Shown one piece after another: positions 9,966 to 19,965 of a stretch of DNA of 64,000 nucleotides; the stretch's first letter is position 1; every line of letters starts with the position of its first letter. A program made the position numbers and the translations under genes. Origin of the DNA: an uncultured Alphaproteobacteria bacterium. GTDB taxonomy: Bacteria; Pseudomonadota; Alphaproteobacteria; RF32; CAG-239. Below the pieces are notes generated by a model that was not told where the DNA came from, did not search any database, and saw only the letters and a list, made by a program, of their open reading frames with translations. Where the stretch lies: contig CAJUAK010000002.1 of assembly GCA_910584385.1 (NCBI GenBank), positions 34,418 through 98,417 on the forward strand. The letters run 5' to 3'.

Positions 9966-10252
9966 TATTTTTTCTCCTTCTTTTTAAACATTAAAAGCAT
10001 GCGTTGCGATACTGCAAATCCGCCGAAGATATTGACCGCCGCCAGAAACACGGCTGCCAGCCCTAAAATTTTGGGCAGGTCCATCTCCTGTTCTCCGGCG
10101 GTAATCAGCGCACCGATAATTACAATGCCGGAAATGGCGTTTGAAACGCTCATTAACGGCGAATGCAATGCCGGCGTAACGCCCCAGACGACAAAATATC
10201 CCACAAAGCATGCCAGCATAAAAATTGTAAGCAGCGTCCATATATCCATCAT
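9965..10252 (-). CDS. pntAB: NAD(P) transhydrogenase alpha subunit part 2 (membrane).
   Basis: About 95 aa with three transmembrane helices. Lies between pntAA and pntB. Confidence 0.8.
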   Translation of the reverse strand: MMDIWTLLTIFMLACFVGYFVVWGVTPALHSPLMSVSNAISGIVIIGALITAGEQEMDLPKILGLAAVFLAAVNIFGGFAVSQRMLLMFKKKEKK

Positions 10253-11283
10253 CTTGGTTCTCCATTTATACAAATGCAGGTTTTATTAATCAGCTCGTCG
10301 TCAAAATTGAGGTTGAGCTTTTTGTCTTGAAAAGAATAAATCAGGGAAAGGAATTTCAAAATATTTTTAGCGAATAACGGGCTGGCAGAGTTAGGAATTT
10401 CGGAGGCAAGGTTGGAATTGCCGCAGATTAAGCGCCCGTCTATGTTAAGGGTTTCGCCTTCTTTTGAACCTTCGATGTTTCCGTCGAATGCCGCCGCCAT
10501 ATCGACAAGGACGGCGCCTTCGGGCATGGAAAGAATTTGATCTTTGCTTATAAGCCTTGGCGCTGTGCCGTTTGGCGCCAGAGCCGTTGTAATCGCGGCG
10601 TTGCAGGAGGCTAAAGTCTTAGGGGCATCTTCCGCAGAGACAAATTTTGCACCAAGAGAAGCAATTTGTCCGGCTGTTTCCGGCCGCACGTCTGTGGCAA
10701 AAACCTGTGCTCCCATGCGGTGTGCTGTTGCAATGGCCTGCAGCCCGGCTACGCCTGCGCCAAAAACCATGACTTTTGCCGGTGTTACAGTGCCGGCGGC
10801 GGTCATCATGAGCGGAACGGCTTTTTTCAGCAGGTAAAATGCGTTTATGACTGCTTTGTAACCGGCAAGATTGCTCTGGGAAGACAAAATATCCATGCTT
10901 TGCGCGCGGGAAATGCGCGGCAGCAGGTCTAAGGCAAAGGCGGTGGTGCCGGCTTTTGCGGCGATACTTTTGTTTTCGGGAAATGCCAATGCTTGAAAAT
11001 TTGCAATGATAACTTGTCCGGCGCGGAGGAGTTTGGCTTCTTCTTTGAGCGGCGCCCATATTTTGCAGAGAATGTCAGCTTGTTTGCAGACGTCTGCAGC
11101 AGATTTTAATATCTGCGCGCCGGCGTTTTGATAGCTTTCGTCTGAGAATCCGGAAGCTTTTCCTGCATTGGTTTCAACAACCGTTTCAATATCATATTTT
11201 GAAATCTTTTCTATAATATCCGGCGTGAGCGCCACGCGGTTTTCGTTTTTGCGGCGTTCCTGAATTATGCCTATTTTCATCAA
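10249..11283 (-). CDS. pntAA: NAD(P) transhydrogenase alpha subunit part 1 (dI, NAD(H)-binding).
   Basis: Similarity to the alanine dehydrogenase/PntA N-domain (MKIGIIQERRKNENRVALTPD...). Confidence 0.85.
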   Translation of the reverse strand: MMKIGIIQERRKNENRVALTPDIIEKISKYDIETVVETNAGKASGFSDESYQNAGAQILKSAADVCKQADILCKIWAPLKEEAKLLRAGQVIIANFQALAFPENKSIAAKAGTTAFALDLLPRISRAQSMDILSSQSNLAGYKAVINAFYLLKKAVPLMMTAAGTVTPAKVMVFGAGVAGLQAIATAHRMGAQVFATDVRPETAGQIASLGAKFVSAEDAPKTLASCNAAITTALAPNGTAPRLISKDQILSMPEGAVLVDMAAAFDGNIEGSKEGETLNIDGRLICGNSNLASEIPNSASPLFAKNILKFLSLIYSFQDKKLNLNFDDELINKTCICINGEPR

Positions 11284-11361
11284 CAGCCCCTTTTTTAAGA
11301 ATATAAAAACTAATTTGAATATAATATGGCTTCACGAACTTAACAATGGAAAATTTTTAAA

Positions 11362-11904
11362 ATGTCTGAATTGTTCAATTTGTTTTCTTTATTTTTTAAA
11401 ATAGGGCTTTTTACCTTTGGCGGCGGCTATGCCATGCTGCCTTTGCTTCAGGATGAAATTGTAAAAAAAAGGGCTTGGGCGACGGATGAGGAAATGTTGG
11501 ATTATTATTCTATCGGGCAATGTACGCCGGGAATTATCGCCATAAATGTTTCTACCTTTATCGGCTGCAAGCGGAAAGGCGTTATCGGCGGGATTGTGGC
11601 GACGTTGGGCATGGTTGCGCCATCGCTGATTATCATTATGATGGTTGCCGCTTTTTTAAAGAAATATATGGATAATATTTATCTGGTGCAGGCATTTGAG
11701 GGAATAAGGATTGCCGTTACGGCTTTGATGGCCGATATTTTATGGAATCTGTTTCCTAAAAGCATAACAGGGCGGTTTGGATTTTTTATCTTTGTTTTGG
11801 GGCTGGCGATGCTTTTGTTCTTTCATCTTTCGGCGGTGTCCGTCGTTGCAGCGGCCGGTTTCTTGGGCTTTGTGCACGGATATTTTCAGCGGAGGGCTAA
11901 ATGA
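11362..11904 (+). CDS. chrA: Chromate transporter ChrA family, short-chain half 1.
   Basis: Hits the FGGGYAMLPLL motif. Paired with a second half via an ATGA overlap. Confidence 0.7.
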   Translation: MSELFNLFSLFFKIGLFTFGGGYAMLPLLQDEIVKKRAWATDEEMLDYYSIGQCTPGIIAINVSTFIGCKRKGVIGGIVATLGMVAPSLIIIMMVAAFLKKYMDNIYLVQAFEGIRIAVTALMADILWNLFPKSITGRFGFFIFVLGLAMLLFFHLSAVSVVAAAGFLGFVHGYFQRRAK

Positions 11905-12419
11905 TATATGCCACTTTAGCGGTTGAGTTTTTTAAAATCGGCTTGTTTGCAATTGGCGGCGGCCTGGTTACTGTTCCTTTTTTGTTTGACTTGGCCGGGA
12001 AATATGGTTGGTTCAGCGTCTCTGATTTGGCGGATATGATTGCCGTTTCAGAATCAACTCCCGGGCCTTTGGGCGTGAATATGGCGACTTATGTCGGCTA
12101 TGATGTGGCGGGAATCGGCGGCGGCATTGCGGCAACGCTTGGGCTGGTTATGCCGTCGATCATTATCATTATTTTATTGTCACGGTTTCTCAAAAAATTC
12201 AGCTGCGATTTGCGCGTGCAAGATGTCTTGCGTGGAATCCGCCCTGCTGTTTTGGCTTTGATTTTAACCGCAGGATTGGAAGTCGGAAAAATGGCCGTCG
12301 GCAATTGGAAACAAGCCGGAATTTTTGTTGTTTTTTTTGCGGCAATCCATTATTGGAAAAAAAGCCCGATTTTATATATTGTTTCTGCGGCGGTTTTGGG
12401 CGTTGCGCTAAAGCTTTAG
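11901..12419 (+). CDS. chrA: Chromate transporter ChrA family, short-chain half 2.
   Basis: FAIGGGLVTVPFL motif, paralogous to half 1. Confidence 0.7.
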   Translation: MIYATLAVEFFKIGLFAIGGGLVTVPFLFDLAGKYGWFSVSDLADMIAVSESTPGPLGVNMATYVGYDVAGIGGGIAATLGLVMPSIIIIILLSRFLKKFSCDLRVQDVLRGIRPAVLALILTAGLEVGKMAVGNWKQAGIFVVFFAAIHYWKKSPILYIVSAAVLGVALKL

Positions 12420-12423
12420 AGAA

Positions 12424-12457
12424 TAAAAAAAACACCGGAAATTCCGGTGTTTTTTTG
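12424..12457. terminator. Bidirectional terminator (acaccggaaattccggtgt flanked by A and T runs).
   Basis: Perfect palindrome lying between convergent genes. Confidence 0.6.
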
Positions 12458-12470
12458 AGAATGTTTTTGC

Positions 12471-12734
12471 TTAAATATCCAAAGCTTTTTTGTAGGTGTC
12501 CAACAGGAATTCCTGTTCGTCCCTGTCGGCGGCGTTCATTTTGCGCAGCTTGATAACCGCGCGCATGATTTTGACATCAAAACCGGCGCCTTTGGCTTCG
12601 GCAAAAATGTCCCGGATATCTGAAGAAATAGCTTTCTTTTCTTCTTCCAAGCGTTCAATTCTTTCGATGAGGCTTCTCAGGCGGTCTGCGGCAATCCCGC
12701 CGACATCCGTTGATTTATTTTCTTCTTCGCTCAT
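12471..12734 (-). CDS. gapR: DUF2312/UPF0335 family protein, the GapR-type nucleoid-associated protein of alphaproteobacteria.
   Basis: 87-aa coiled-coil protein with the conserved LRSLIERIERLEEEKK...KGAGFDVK region. Confidence 0.7.
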   Translation of the reverse strand: MSEEENKSTDVGGIAADRLRSLIERIERLEEEKKAISSDIRDIFAEAKGAGFDVKIMRAVIKLRKMNAADRDEQEFLLDTYKKALDI

Positions 12735-12875
12735 TTTTGACTCCTTTTTTCGTATGTTTGCAATACTCTAACAAAGCTTGATTTTTTTTACAAGACGAAA
12801 TTTAAATAATAGCTTTTTAACTTATTTATGCTTATATAAGAAACAATGTTATGATGTTCAATTTGGAGGAATAAA

Positions 12876-14300
12876 ATGCCGCAAAATACAAAAACAAAAA
12901 TTCTGGCAACGATAGGCCCTTCTTCTGCCACGCGTGAACAGATTGAAAAATTGATTGATGCGGGGGCTGATGCTTTCCGCATTAACTTCAGCCACGGAAC
13001 CCACGCCGAACATAAAGAAAGGGTTGGCATTATCCGCAAGCTGGAAAAAGAAAAGGGCATTTATATTTCTATTTTGGCAGATTTGCAGGGGCCGAAGCTC
13101 CGTGTGGGCGTTTTCAGCTCCGACAGCGTCTTGCTGAAGGCCGGGCAGAAATTCCGCCTGGATCTTGATGAGGCTCCCGGCGATGTAACGAGAGTCAATT
13201 TGCCGCATAAGGAAATTTTTGCTGCGCTTAAGCCCGGGGAAGATTTGCTTCTTAATGATGGAAACATCCGGCTCCATGTTGATAAATGCGGTAAGGATTT
13301 TGCAGATACGACAGTGGTGGTTGGCGGTGTGCTTTCTGCCCATAAAGGGGTTAACCTGCCCAACACGCAGCTGGCGATTTCAGCCATTACCGAAAAAGAC
13401 AAAGATGATTTGAAATTCGCCTTAAAACTTGGCGTGGACTGGATCGGCATGTCTTTTGTGCAAACGGCTGACGATGTGCGCCAGGCTAAAAAGCTTATTC
13501 AGGATAAAGCGCTCCTTATTTCCAAGTTGGAAAAGCCCAGCGCGATGGAAGAACTGGATGAAATTGTCCAGCTTTCTGACGCCATTATGGTTGCCCGCGG
13601 TGATTTGGGCGTGGAATGTCCGGTTTACACGGTTCCGGTTATGCAAAAACGGATTGTCAGCGCTTGCCGCAAATATGCCCGCCCGGTTATTATTGCCACC
13701 CAGATGCTGGAATCAATGATTAATAATCCGACTCCGACAAGGGCTGAGGTTTCCGATGTGGCGACTGCCGTTTATGACGGGGCTGATGCCGTGATGCTTT
13801 CTGCAGAAACGGCTGCGGGGCATTATCCGACAGAAGCCGTGTCAATGATGCACCGCACTATTGAAAATGTGGAAGCTGATCCGCTGTTTTATACATTGAT
13901 GCGCTCGTCGCGCATGCAGCCTTGCAAAGCCAGCGAAGCCGACTCGATTACTTTTGCGGCCAGCGAAGTTTCTTGCGTGTTAAAAGATGTTGCCGCAATT
14001 GCGACCTATACGACTTCCGGCTTTACGACGTTCCTGACTGCACGCGAGCGTCCGGATTTGCCGATTATCGCCATTACGCAGACGGTTGAAGTTGCTCGCC
14101 GTTTGGCACTTGTCTGGGGAACTAAAAGCTTTATTAATAAAGATAGTTTCAAAAGTTTTGACAAAGTTGAAGATGCGGCTGTTAAAATCGCCCTTAAAAA
14201 TAATTTTGCCAAGCACGGGCAGAATCTTATTATTACTGCCGGCTATCCGTTGGCAAAGAAGGGGATGACGAATTTGCTGCATACTGTTCATATTCCCTGA
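12876..14300 (+). CDS. pyk: Pyruvate kinase.
   Basis: Full-length pyruvate kinase barrel plus C-terminal domain (KILATIGPS..., MVARGDLG). Confidence 0.9.
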   Translation: MPQNTKTKILATIGPSSATREQIEKLIDAGADAFRINFSHGTHAEHKERVGIIRKLEKEKGIYISILADLQGPKLRVGVFSSDSVLLKAGQKFRLDLDEAPGDVTRVNLPHKEIFAALKPGEDLLLNDGNIRLHVDKCGKDFADTTVVVGGVLSAHKGVNLPNTQLAISAITEKDKDDLKFALKLGVDWIGMSFVQTADDVRQAKKLIQDKALLISKLEKPSAMEELDEIVQLSDAIMVARGDLGVECPVYTVPVMQKRIVSACRKYARPVIIATQMLESMINNPTPTRAEVSDVATAVYDGADAVMLSAETAAGHYPTEAVSMMHRTIENVEADPLFYTLMRSSRMQPCKASEADSITFAASEVSCVLKDVAAIATYTTSGFTTFLTARERPDLPIIAITQTVEVARRLALVWGTKSFINKDSFKSFDKVEDAAVKIALKNNFAKHGQNLIITAGYPLAKKGMTNLLHTVHIP

Positions 14301-14313
14301 AAAGTTCGTCTAG

Positions 14314-14424
14314 CTGGTAACTAATACAGAAATAAAAAGGCGGAAGTTTCCTCACGTACCTCTATGTGCGCTGCGGTACTTCCGTTTTTATTTCTTATTA
14401 TTTACGCACGTTATCAGAACTTTC
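14314..14424. repeat. Intergenic structured repeat, type B copy 1. About 88% identical to 31585..31694.
   Basis: Direct alignment with the second copy. Contains the stem cggaagt/acttccg and the core tcacgtacctctatgtgcgct. Confidence 0.6.
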
Positions 14425-14443
14425 TTGTTGCTTAACGAATAAT

Positions 14444-14473
14444 ATAAAAAAAGCCTGCCGAAAACGGCAGGCC
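14444..14473 (-). terminator. Rho-independent terminator for rpmJ (gcctgccg aaaa cggcaggc, with a T-run on the minus strand).
   Basis: Hairpin plus A8 on the plus strand, downstream of the minus-strand rpmJ stop. Confidence 0.55.
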
Positions 14474-14495
14474 TCTCAAAACTGTCAAAAAAGGA

Positions 14496-14621
14496 CTATC
14501 CCTGACGAGCCTTCATCTTGGGATTCTTTTTATTGATGACATAAACGCGACCTTTGCGGCGGACGATTTTGCAGTCCTTGTCGCGATTTTTTTTGGTCTT
14601 TAATGAGCTGTAAACTTTCAT
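14496..14621 (-). CDS. rpmJ: 50S ribosomal protein L36, the cysteine-poor type common in alphaproteobacteria.
   Basis: Manual translation gives [41 protein letters not shown], 41 aa. The gene is below the cutoff of the supplied ORF track. Confidence 0.8.
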   Translation of the reverse strand: MKVYSSLKTKKNRDKDCKIVRRKGRVYVINKKNPKMKARQG

Positions 14622-14778
14622 CTTCTTATCCTTTATCTCAAAAATTTATCCGCAAAATAAGCTAAATATTCCCGCTTGTCAATGATAATTTTAGATTCTT
14701 GGTAAAAATCCCAGATAATTTTTGCTTTTTTCAATCATTTTGCCTAAACTGGCTTATCTTTAACAAGAAAGAATCGTT

Positions 14779-15387
14779 ATGAAAAAATGGCTTTATCTTT
14801 TCGCTTTTTCCTTTTGTCCTTTGACGGCAGCCGCGCAGATGCCGTATATGGAAGAAATCCGCGCGCTTGGAGCAATTTCAGGCCAGGGGATGGCTTGCGG
14901 CGCTGAAAAATATGACACTTTTGAAATGCTGGTGCGTGCCATTCTCCTTTCAAAATCTCCCTCGGATGTTTTGCAGGGAAAGGCGATGTATGCATATAAT
15001 GAAGAAAAAGCTAATGCCTATATGTCTAAACAAATGGACGGATTTTATGGTTGTGCGGAAATCAACCGCCGTTTTAATGCCCAAGACATATTTAAGGCCG
15101 TTTTATATGATGACGGGACAATCCAAATGCCGGATGGCACCATTATTACGCCGCGCCGCCCGTATGATGCTAATTTTTTATATAAAAAAGACAAGGCTGT
15201 CTTAGATAAGGCGAAGGCGATTTATAACGGCAGCAATGATGCTAAGATTTTGAATGTTGATGTTAAAAATGCCGAAAACCAGAAAGTTATCTTGCCGTCC
15301 TGGGATGCTTCCGAGAAAACGCTTCCAAAATCTCAAGAGGCACCTGTTTTTGAATCTTCGGTAAAACATATCCGCCGTAAAAATTGA
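14779..15387 (+). CDS. Exported hypothetical protein.
   Basis: Signal peptide MKKWLYLFAFSFCPLTAAAQ. Confidence 0.45.
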   Translation: MKKWLYLFAFSFCPLTAAAQMPYMEEIRALGAISGQGMACGAEKYDTFEMLVRAILLSKSPSDVLQGKAMYAYNEEKANAYMSKQMDGFYGCAEINRRFNAQDIFKAVLYDDGTIQMPDGTIITPRRPYDANFLYKKDKAVLDKAKAIYNGSNDAKILNVDVKNAENQKVILPSWDASEKTLPKSQEAPVFESSVKHIRRKN

Positions 15388-15453
15388 GCTTGCGGAACTG
15401 GAAATTATCTGTATACTCGCTGTAACTTCTAAAAATTCATGGAGAAATTTGAT

Positions 15454-17130
15454 ATGGCTTCCTATCAGTATGTTTTTGTTATGCAAAATTTAACCAAGGT
15501 ATTCCCTGGCGGCAAAGAGCTTTTTAAAGGGATTACGCTGTCATTTCTGCCCGGCGCCAAAATTGGCGTTTTAGGCGTCAATGGTGCCGGTAAGTCAACG
15601 CTGCTTAAAATTATGGCAGGCGTGGATAAGGATTTTAACGGCGAGGCTTGGGCCGCAGACGGCATTAAAGTCGGCTATCTTGAACAGGAACCAAAGCTTG
15701 ACCCTGCAAAAAACGTGATGGAAAATATTATGGACGGGCTATGCGAAACCAGAGATTTATTGAAAAAGTTTGAAGAAGTTTCCATGCGTTTTGCAGAACC
15801 GATGAGCGATGAAGAAATGAATGCGCTTATTGAGGAACAGGCTGAACTTCAGGAAAAAATAGATGCTTGCAACGGTTGGGATTTGGAAAGGACTGTTGAA
15901 ATTGCCATGGATGCTTTGCGCTGCCCGCCGGCAGATGCCGATGTTACGAAACTGTCGGGCGGTGAGCGCCGCCGCGTGGCCTTGTGCCGGCTTTTGCTGC
16001 AAAAACCGGATATGCTTCTTTTGGATGAACCGACAAACCATCTGGATGCCGAATCTGTTGCCTGGCTTGAAAAATATCTTAAGGATTATGCCGGGACTGT
16101 CGTTATGGTAACGCACGACCGCTACTTTTTGGATAATGTTACCGGTTGGATTCTGGAACTTGACCGCGGGCAGGGCATACCTTATGAAGGAAATTATTCA
16201 TCTTGGCTGGAGCAGAAACAAAAGCGCTTAGAACAAGAATCGCGTGAAGAAAATGCCCGCCAAAAAACATTAGCCCGAGAATTGGAATGGATTCAGAAAA
16301 ATCCGAAAGCCCGCCAGGCAAAATCTAAGGCTCGTATTAATGCTTATGACGAGTTGTTGTCACAGACGGCAAAAGAAGGAATCTCCCAAGCTCATATTAA
16401 TATTCCGATGACAGACCGCCTTGGCGATTTGGTTATTGAAGCTGAAAACATTTCCAAAGTTTATGGCGACCGCGTGTTGATTGAAAACCTTTCTTTCAAA
16501 ATTCCCAAGGGGGCGATTGTCGGGATTATCGGGCCAAACGGTGCGGGCAAAACAACTTTGTTCCGCATGATTACCGGGCAAGAAAAGCCGGACAGCGGTT
16601 CAATCCGCTTGGGAGACACGGTTGATCTTGGCTATGTTGACCAGACCAGAGACGAACTTCATGCAGATAAGACTGTTTGGGAAGAGATTTCCGACGGGTT
16701 GGACATTATCCAGCTGGGCAAAAAAGAAATGCCTTCCCGCGCTTATGTCGGGCAGTTTAATTTTAAAAACACTGACCAGCAAAAGAAAGTGGGGCAGCTT
16801 TCCGGCGGCGAGCGCAACCGTGTGCATTTGGCTAAAATGCTTAAGAAAGGCGCAAATGTTATTCTGCTTGACGAACCGACCAATGATTTGGATGTCGATA
16901 CATTGCGTTCTCTGGAGGAAGGTATTATGAATTATCCCGGCTGCGTTTTGGTAACCTCTCACGACCGTTGGTTCCTTGACCGCCTTGCCACGCATATCCT
17001 TGCTTATGAAGGGGATGGGCATGTTGAGTGGTTTGAAGGAAACTTTGAAGACTACGAACAAGATAAACGCCGCCGACTCGGCGATGAAGCATGCAAGCCG
17101 CATCGGATGCATTATAAGAAACTTGCATAG
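15454..17130 (+). CDS. ettA: Energy-dependent translational throttle EttA (ABC-F ATPase).
   Basis: Two ABC domains with Walker A motifs (GVNGAGKST and GPNGAGKTT), signature LSGGE motifs, and an ABC-F arm/linker. Confidence 0.9.
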   Translation: MASYQYVFVMQNLTKVFPGGKELFKGITLSFLPGAKIGVLGVNGAGKSTLLKIMAGVDKDFNGEAWAADGIKVGYLEQEPKLDPAKNVMENIMDGLCETRDLLKKFEEVSMRFAEPMSDEEMNALIEEQAELQEKIDACNGWDLERTVEIAMDALRCPPADADVTKLSGGERRRVALCRLLLQKPDMLLLDEPTNHLDAESVAWLEKYLKDYAGTVVMVTHDRYFLDNVTGWILELDRGQGIPYEGNYSSWLEQKQKRLEQESREENARQKTLARELEWIQKNPKARQAKSKARINAYDELLSQTAKEGISQAHINIPMTDRLGDLVIEAENISKVYGDRVLIENLSFKIPKGAIVGIIGPNGAGKTTLFRMITGQEKPDSGSIRLGDTVDLGYVDQTRDELHADKTVWEEISDGLDIIQLGKKEMPSRAYVGQFNFKNTDQQKKVGQLSGGERNRVHLAKMLKKGANVILLDEPTNDLDVDTLRSLEEGIMNYPGCVLVTSHDRWFLDRLATHILAYEGDGHVEWFEGNFEDYEQDKRRRLGDEACKPHRMHYKKLA

Positions 17131-17179
17131 AAAATCCGTCTGACGGATTTTCTTCAGAATTTGATTTTTACAAATCAAT

Positions 17180-17228
17180 TAAAAAACGCCCTTTTGTTTG
17201 AATAAACAATAAGGGCGTTTCTTTTTTG
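17180..17228. terminator. Hairpin terminator (aacgccctt...aagggcgtt followed by a T-run).
   Basis: Inverted repeat with a T-run. Lies between ettA and a minus-strand gene. Confidence 0.5.
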
Positions 17229-17234
17229 TAAAAT

Positions 17235-17570
17235 TCATTTTTCAACCATTTCCATCAGCAAAGGGTTAACGATGTTTTTGACATCGTTTTCATAGGCTTT
17301 GCCGAGCCAAATCCAACAATAGTCTTTGCGTTTTACCTTCCCGCCCAATTGCTTTTTCAGGGCAAGGCAGATTTTTCGCCTTCCGATATAGCTGATTTCT
17401 CCGTTTCTGCCAGATTTGATGAAAATATTTAAGCTAAGCGCTTCTGCCAAATCCAGAGAGATTTCTTCCACGTCTTGTGGCGAAACATTTACGGCCAGGC
17501 AGGAGTTTTCATTTTTAACGATATTATTCGCGATTAGGCTGAAAATTTGTTTTTTTCTTTTTTCTTCCAT
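17235..17570 (-). CDS. Hypothetical protein.
   Basis: 111-aa ORF with no recognised domain. Confidence 0.35.
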   Translation of the reverse strand: MEEKRKKQIFSLIANNIVKNENSCLAVNVSPQDVEEISLDLAEALSLNIFIKSGRNGEISYIGRRKICLALKKQLGGKVKRKDYCWIWLGKAYENDVKNIVNPLLMEMVEK

Positions 17571-17739
17571 AATTATTTATTTTTAATAAATTGCGGCATC
17601 AATAAAGCACAATGATTTGTTTTGTCAATATAAATATTTATAAGCCCTGTCCTTGCCGCTAGACAGAAAAGTCCTTGACATAGCCATCGCTTTGTGATAG
17701 CCTAATCTTGTGTGTGGATGTTAGATTAGGGTTTGTGTC

Positions 17740-19956
17740 ATGTTATGTGCTATTTATCATTTTTTTATTTCCGCTGCTTTTGTTTTTATGAGTGCAGTTT
17801 CTGTTAATGCCGCCACTTATTGGCTGCCGGACTATCAAGGTGGACATTCTTTAGGAAGGCCTTTTCCCGACCCTAATCAAGAAGATTCATGTACAAAGTT
17901 TAATATGCTTTCAGCAGTGCCTAATGGCGCTGTCTGTGATACGGCGTATCCCGGAAACGGGCTGCGCTGCTACCGCAACTGTCGCTGCAAGTCGGAGTTC
18001 ACCTACACCTCACACACATACAATCTGAAATGCAGTGACAGTTGCACCTTGAATGGCGTAACAAAATATAAATGCCTTAAGTGTTGTAATGATGGATACG
18101 TTTTTGTTAGTTCGACAGGCAAACCAATGCCATGTGAGGCACATCTGTTGGATGAGCAGCCTGTTTTGAATTCCAGCTGCGGAAGCGGAAAATGTTTTAA
18201 ATGTTTAAGCGATGTATGCCCACCGTCTTCCAAGACGAAGGAAGCCTGTGAAAGCGAAGGAGGCGTGCCGGTTTCTGTTGCAGCTACAACAGAAGCTGGA
18301 ACAACTTGTTATAATTGTACAAAATGTGTAAGTGGCACAGTTTTGTGTGATTACGACAAATGCGCAAGTAACATCCAGATGCTCCCTAATGTGGCAGAAA
18401 AGAAAATGATGAGTTGCTGCCGTGTGCCATGCAGTGTTTGCCCGCTCGGGCAAACACAATGTCCGAGTGCACCGGGTACGATAGCTTGTGTCGATAAAAA
18501 TAATAAGGGTTGCTGCTCAGATATCGACTGCGCCGGCAATAGCACGGAAACACGTTGTGATTTGACAACGTATACTTGCACGCTGCCGCTCTGTGATACG
18601 GCGAACGGCTATAGCGCTTCCAAGCCTTCTTCCTGTAAGGATGGAAAAACACTCTGTCAGCAAAGCAGCAATAGCTCTTGCTGGGGCTGTTGCGGCGTGG
18701 AATGTGAAAGCGGTTATAGCACGGCAACCACAAAGGAAAGCTGTAAAGACGGGCAGACTTTTGAGCAGCAGAGCAATAATGCAGCCTGTGGAAAATGCAC
18801 AGGGATTGCCTGCCAGACGGGTTATGCAACAAACGTTGTTCCTTATTCGCCGGATATGGACGCATTTATTACCAATATTACATGTGAGGACGGACAATCA
18901 GTGATTGACCAATCAACAAATCCGGCTTGTAAAAAATGCAGCGGTACGGCTTGCGCAAGCGGTTATAGTACAGCAATCACAAAAGAAAGCTGTAAGTCTG
19001 GACAGACTTTTGAACAGCAGAGTAACAAGACCATATGTGGAAAATGTGATGGCGTTGCGTGTGAAGAGGGATATACATTGCGGCATACGGTAACCATGGG
19101 TGGATTTCCAACCAGCATTGGTGTTGTTTGCCAAGGAACACAATATCTTGTAAAACAGCCGACAAATGAGAAATGTGAAAAATGTTCAAGCTGTCCTCAG
19201 GGTTATAAGTCAGCCACATCGTTGCTTGTAACTAGTGTTTGTAAAGATGGCGAGAAATCTGAAAAGCATCCAAGCATAACCAATTGTGTGAAATGCGTTG
19301 GCACACCCTGCGAAGAAGGGTATAGCACGACAAGCAAAACAGTTAATAATGGCTATAAGCTGGAAACACAGACCAGCAATTCTCAATGTACAAAGCTTGT
19401 TGAATGTAAAGCGACTTGCAGCAATACTCAGATTAAACAGCCTAATAGTAGTGCGACTAATAAATGCGAAGTCTGTCTTGATTGTGCAAGTGGCTATTAT
19501 TCGAATATTACTTCTTGTCCTACAGGTCAAAAGTTAGAACGCCAGCAGGCTTACAGCCAATATCATAGTTGTGTCAGATGTGTTGCTGATTGTGAAGCTG
19601 ATTACAGTACGGAAACGAAAAGTTGTCCGGATGGTCAGACATTAAAAACGCAGACATCGAATACCAGTTGTAAGATGTGTACAGGGACGGCTTGTATAAG
19701 CGGTTATAGTACGAAAGTTACCTGTAAATCAGATTTGGCAACTGTAAAACAATCTTCAAACAACAATTGTAAAAAATGTAAAGACTGTGTAACAGATGGG
19801 TGTGGCAGCGATCAGTTTTGCAATGAGACAACGGGTATTTGCTTGTTCTCCGCAGGTTTATGTCCGGGTGGAACAGCGCAGTATAAGCTCGTCAACGGGG
19901 TTCGGGTATTTATTAAATGCGTCAATGGCTCGGCCAGTTCGCAGCTTGTCTATTGA
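17740..19956 (+). CDS. Secreted cysteine-rich tandem-repeat protein of unknown function.
   Basis: Signal peptide, then at least eight degenerate repeats of about 40 aa of the form C-x-x-GYST-...-C-x-x-GQTxExQSNxxC-x-K-C-x-G-x-AC. Cysteine content is roughly 13%. Confidence 0.6.
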   Translation: MLCAIYHFFISAAFVFMSAVSVNAATYWLPDYQGGHSLGRPFPDPNQEDSCTKFNMLSAVPNGAVCDTAYPGNGLRCYRNCRCKSEFTYTSHTYNLKCSDSCTLNGVTKYKCLKCCNDGYVFVSSTGKPMPCEAHLLDEQPVLNSSCGSGKCFKCLSDVCPPSSKTKEACESEGGVPVSVAATTEAGTTCYNCTKCVSGTVLCDYDKCASNIQMLPNVAEKKMMSCCRVPCSVCPLGQTQCPSAPGTIACVDKNNKGCCSDIDCAGNSTETRCDLTTYTCTLPLCDTANGYSASKPSSCKDGKTLCQQSSNSSCWGCCGVECESGYSTATTKESCKDGQTFEQQSNNAACGKCTGIACQTGYATNVVPYSPDMDAFITNITCEDGQSVIDQSTNPACKKCSGTACASGYSTAITKESCKSGQTFEQQSNKTICGKCDGVACEEGYTLRHTVTMGGFPTSIGVVCQGTQYLVKQPTNEKCEKCSSCPQGYKSATSLLVTSVCKDGEKSEKHPSITNCVKCVGTPCEEGYSTTSKTVNNGYKLETQTSNSQCTKLVECKATCSNTQIKQPNSSATNKCEVCLDCASGYYSNITSCPTGQKLERQQAYSQYHSCVRCVADCEADYSTETKSCPDGQTLKTQTSNTSCKMCTGTACISGYSTKVTCKSDLATVKQSSNNNCKKCKDCVTDGCGSDQFCNETTGICLFSAGLCPGGTAQYKLVNGVRVFIKCVNGSASSQLVY

Positions 19957-19965
19957 CAGGCATTG

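Noticed and set aside
9451-11059. Antisense ORFs within pntB and pntAA (9451..9795, 10544..10837, 10619..11059, 10666..10932).
   Set aside because: They are embedded opposite well-conserved transhydrogenase genes. The products are Arg/Cys/Pro-rich and low-complexity.
12858-13450. Antisense ORFs opposite pyk (12858..13343 and 13061..13450).
   Set aside because: They overlap the conserved pyruvate kinase frame and have no independent signals.
14496-14621. L36 read as a zinc-regulated alternative paralogue (ykgO-like).
   Set aside because: The cysteine-poor L36 form is the normal sole copy in many alphaproteobacteria. A second copy cannot be claimed from this window.
17131-17160. Sequence aaaatccgtctgacggatttt, resembling a Neisseria DNA-uptake sequence.
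   Set aside because: It does not match the GCCGTCTGAA DUS, and the rest of the window has alphaproteobacterial gene content. It is simply the ettA terminator hairpin.
18003-19530. Many 60-160 aa ORFs on both strands inside the cysteine-rich protein gene (for example 18386..18865, 18517..18897 and 19210..19530).
   Set aside because: They are nested within one long, uninterrupted 738-aa frame that has a signal peptide and a regular repeat structure. The alternative frames are generated by the repetitive, codon-biased sequence.
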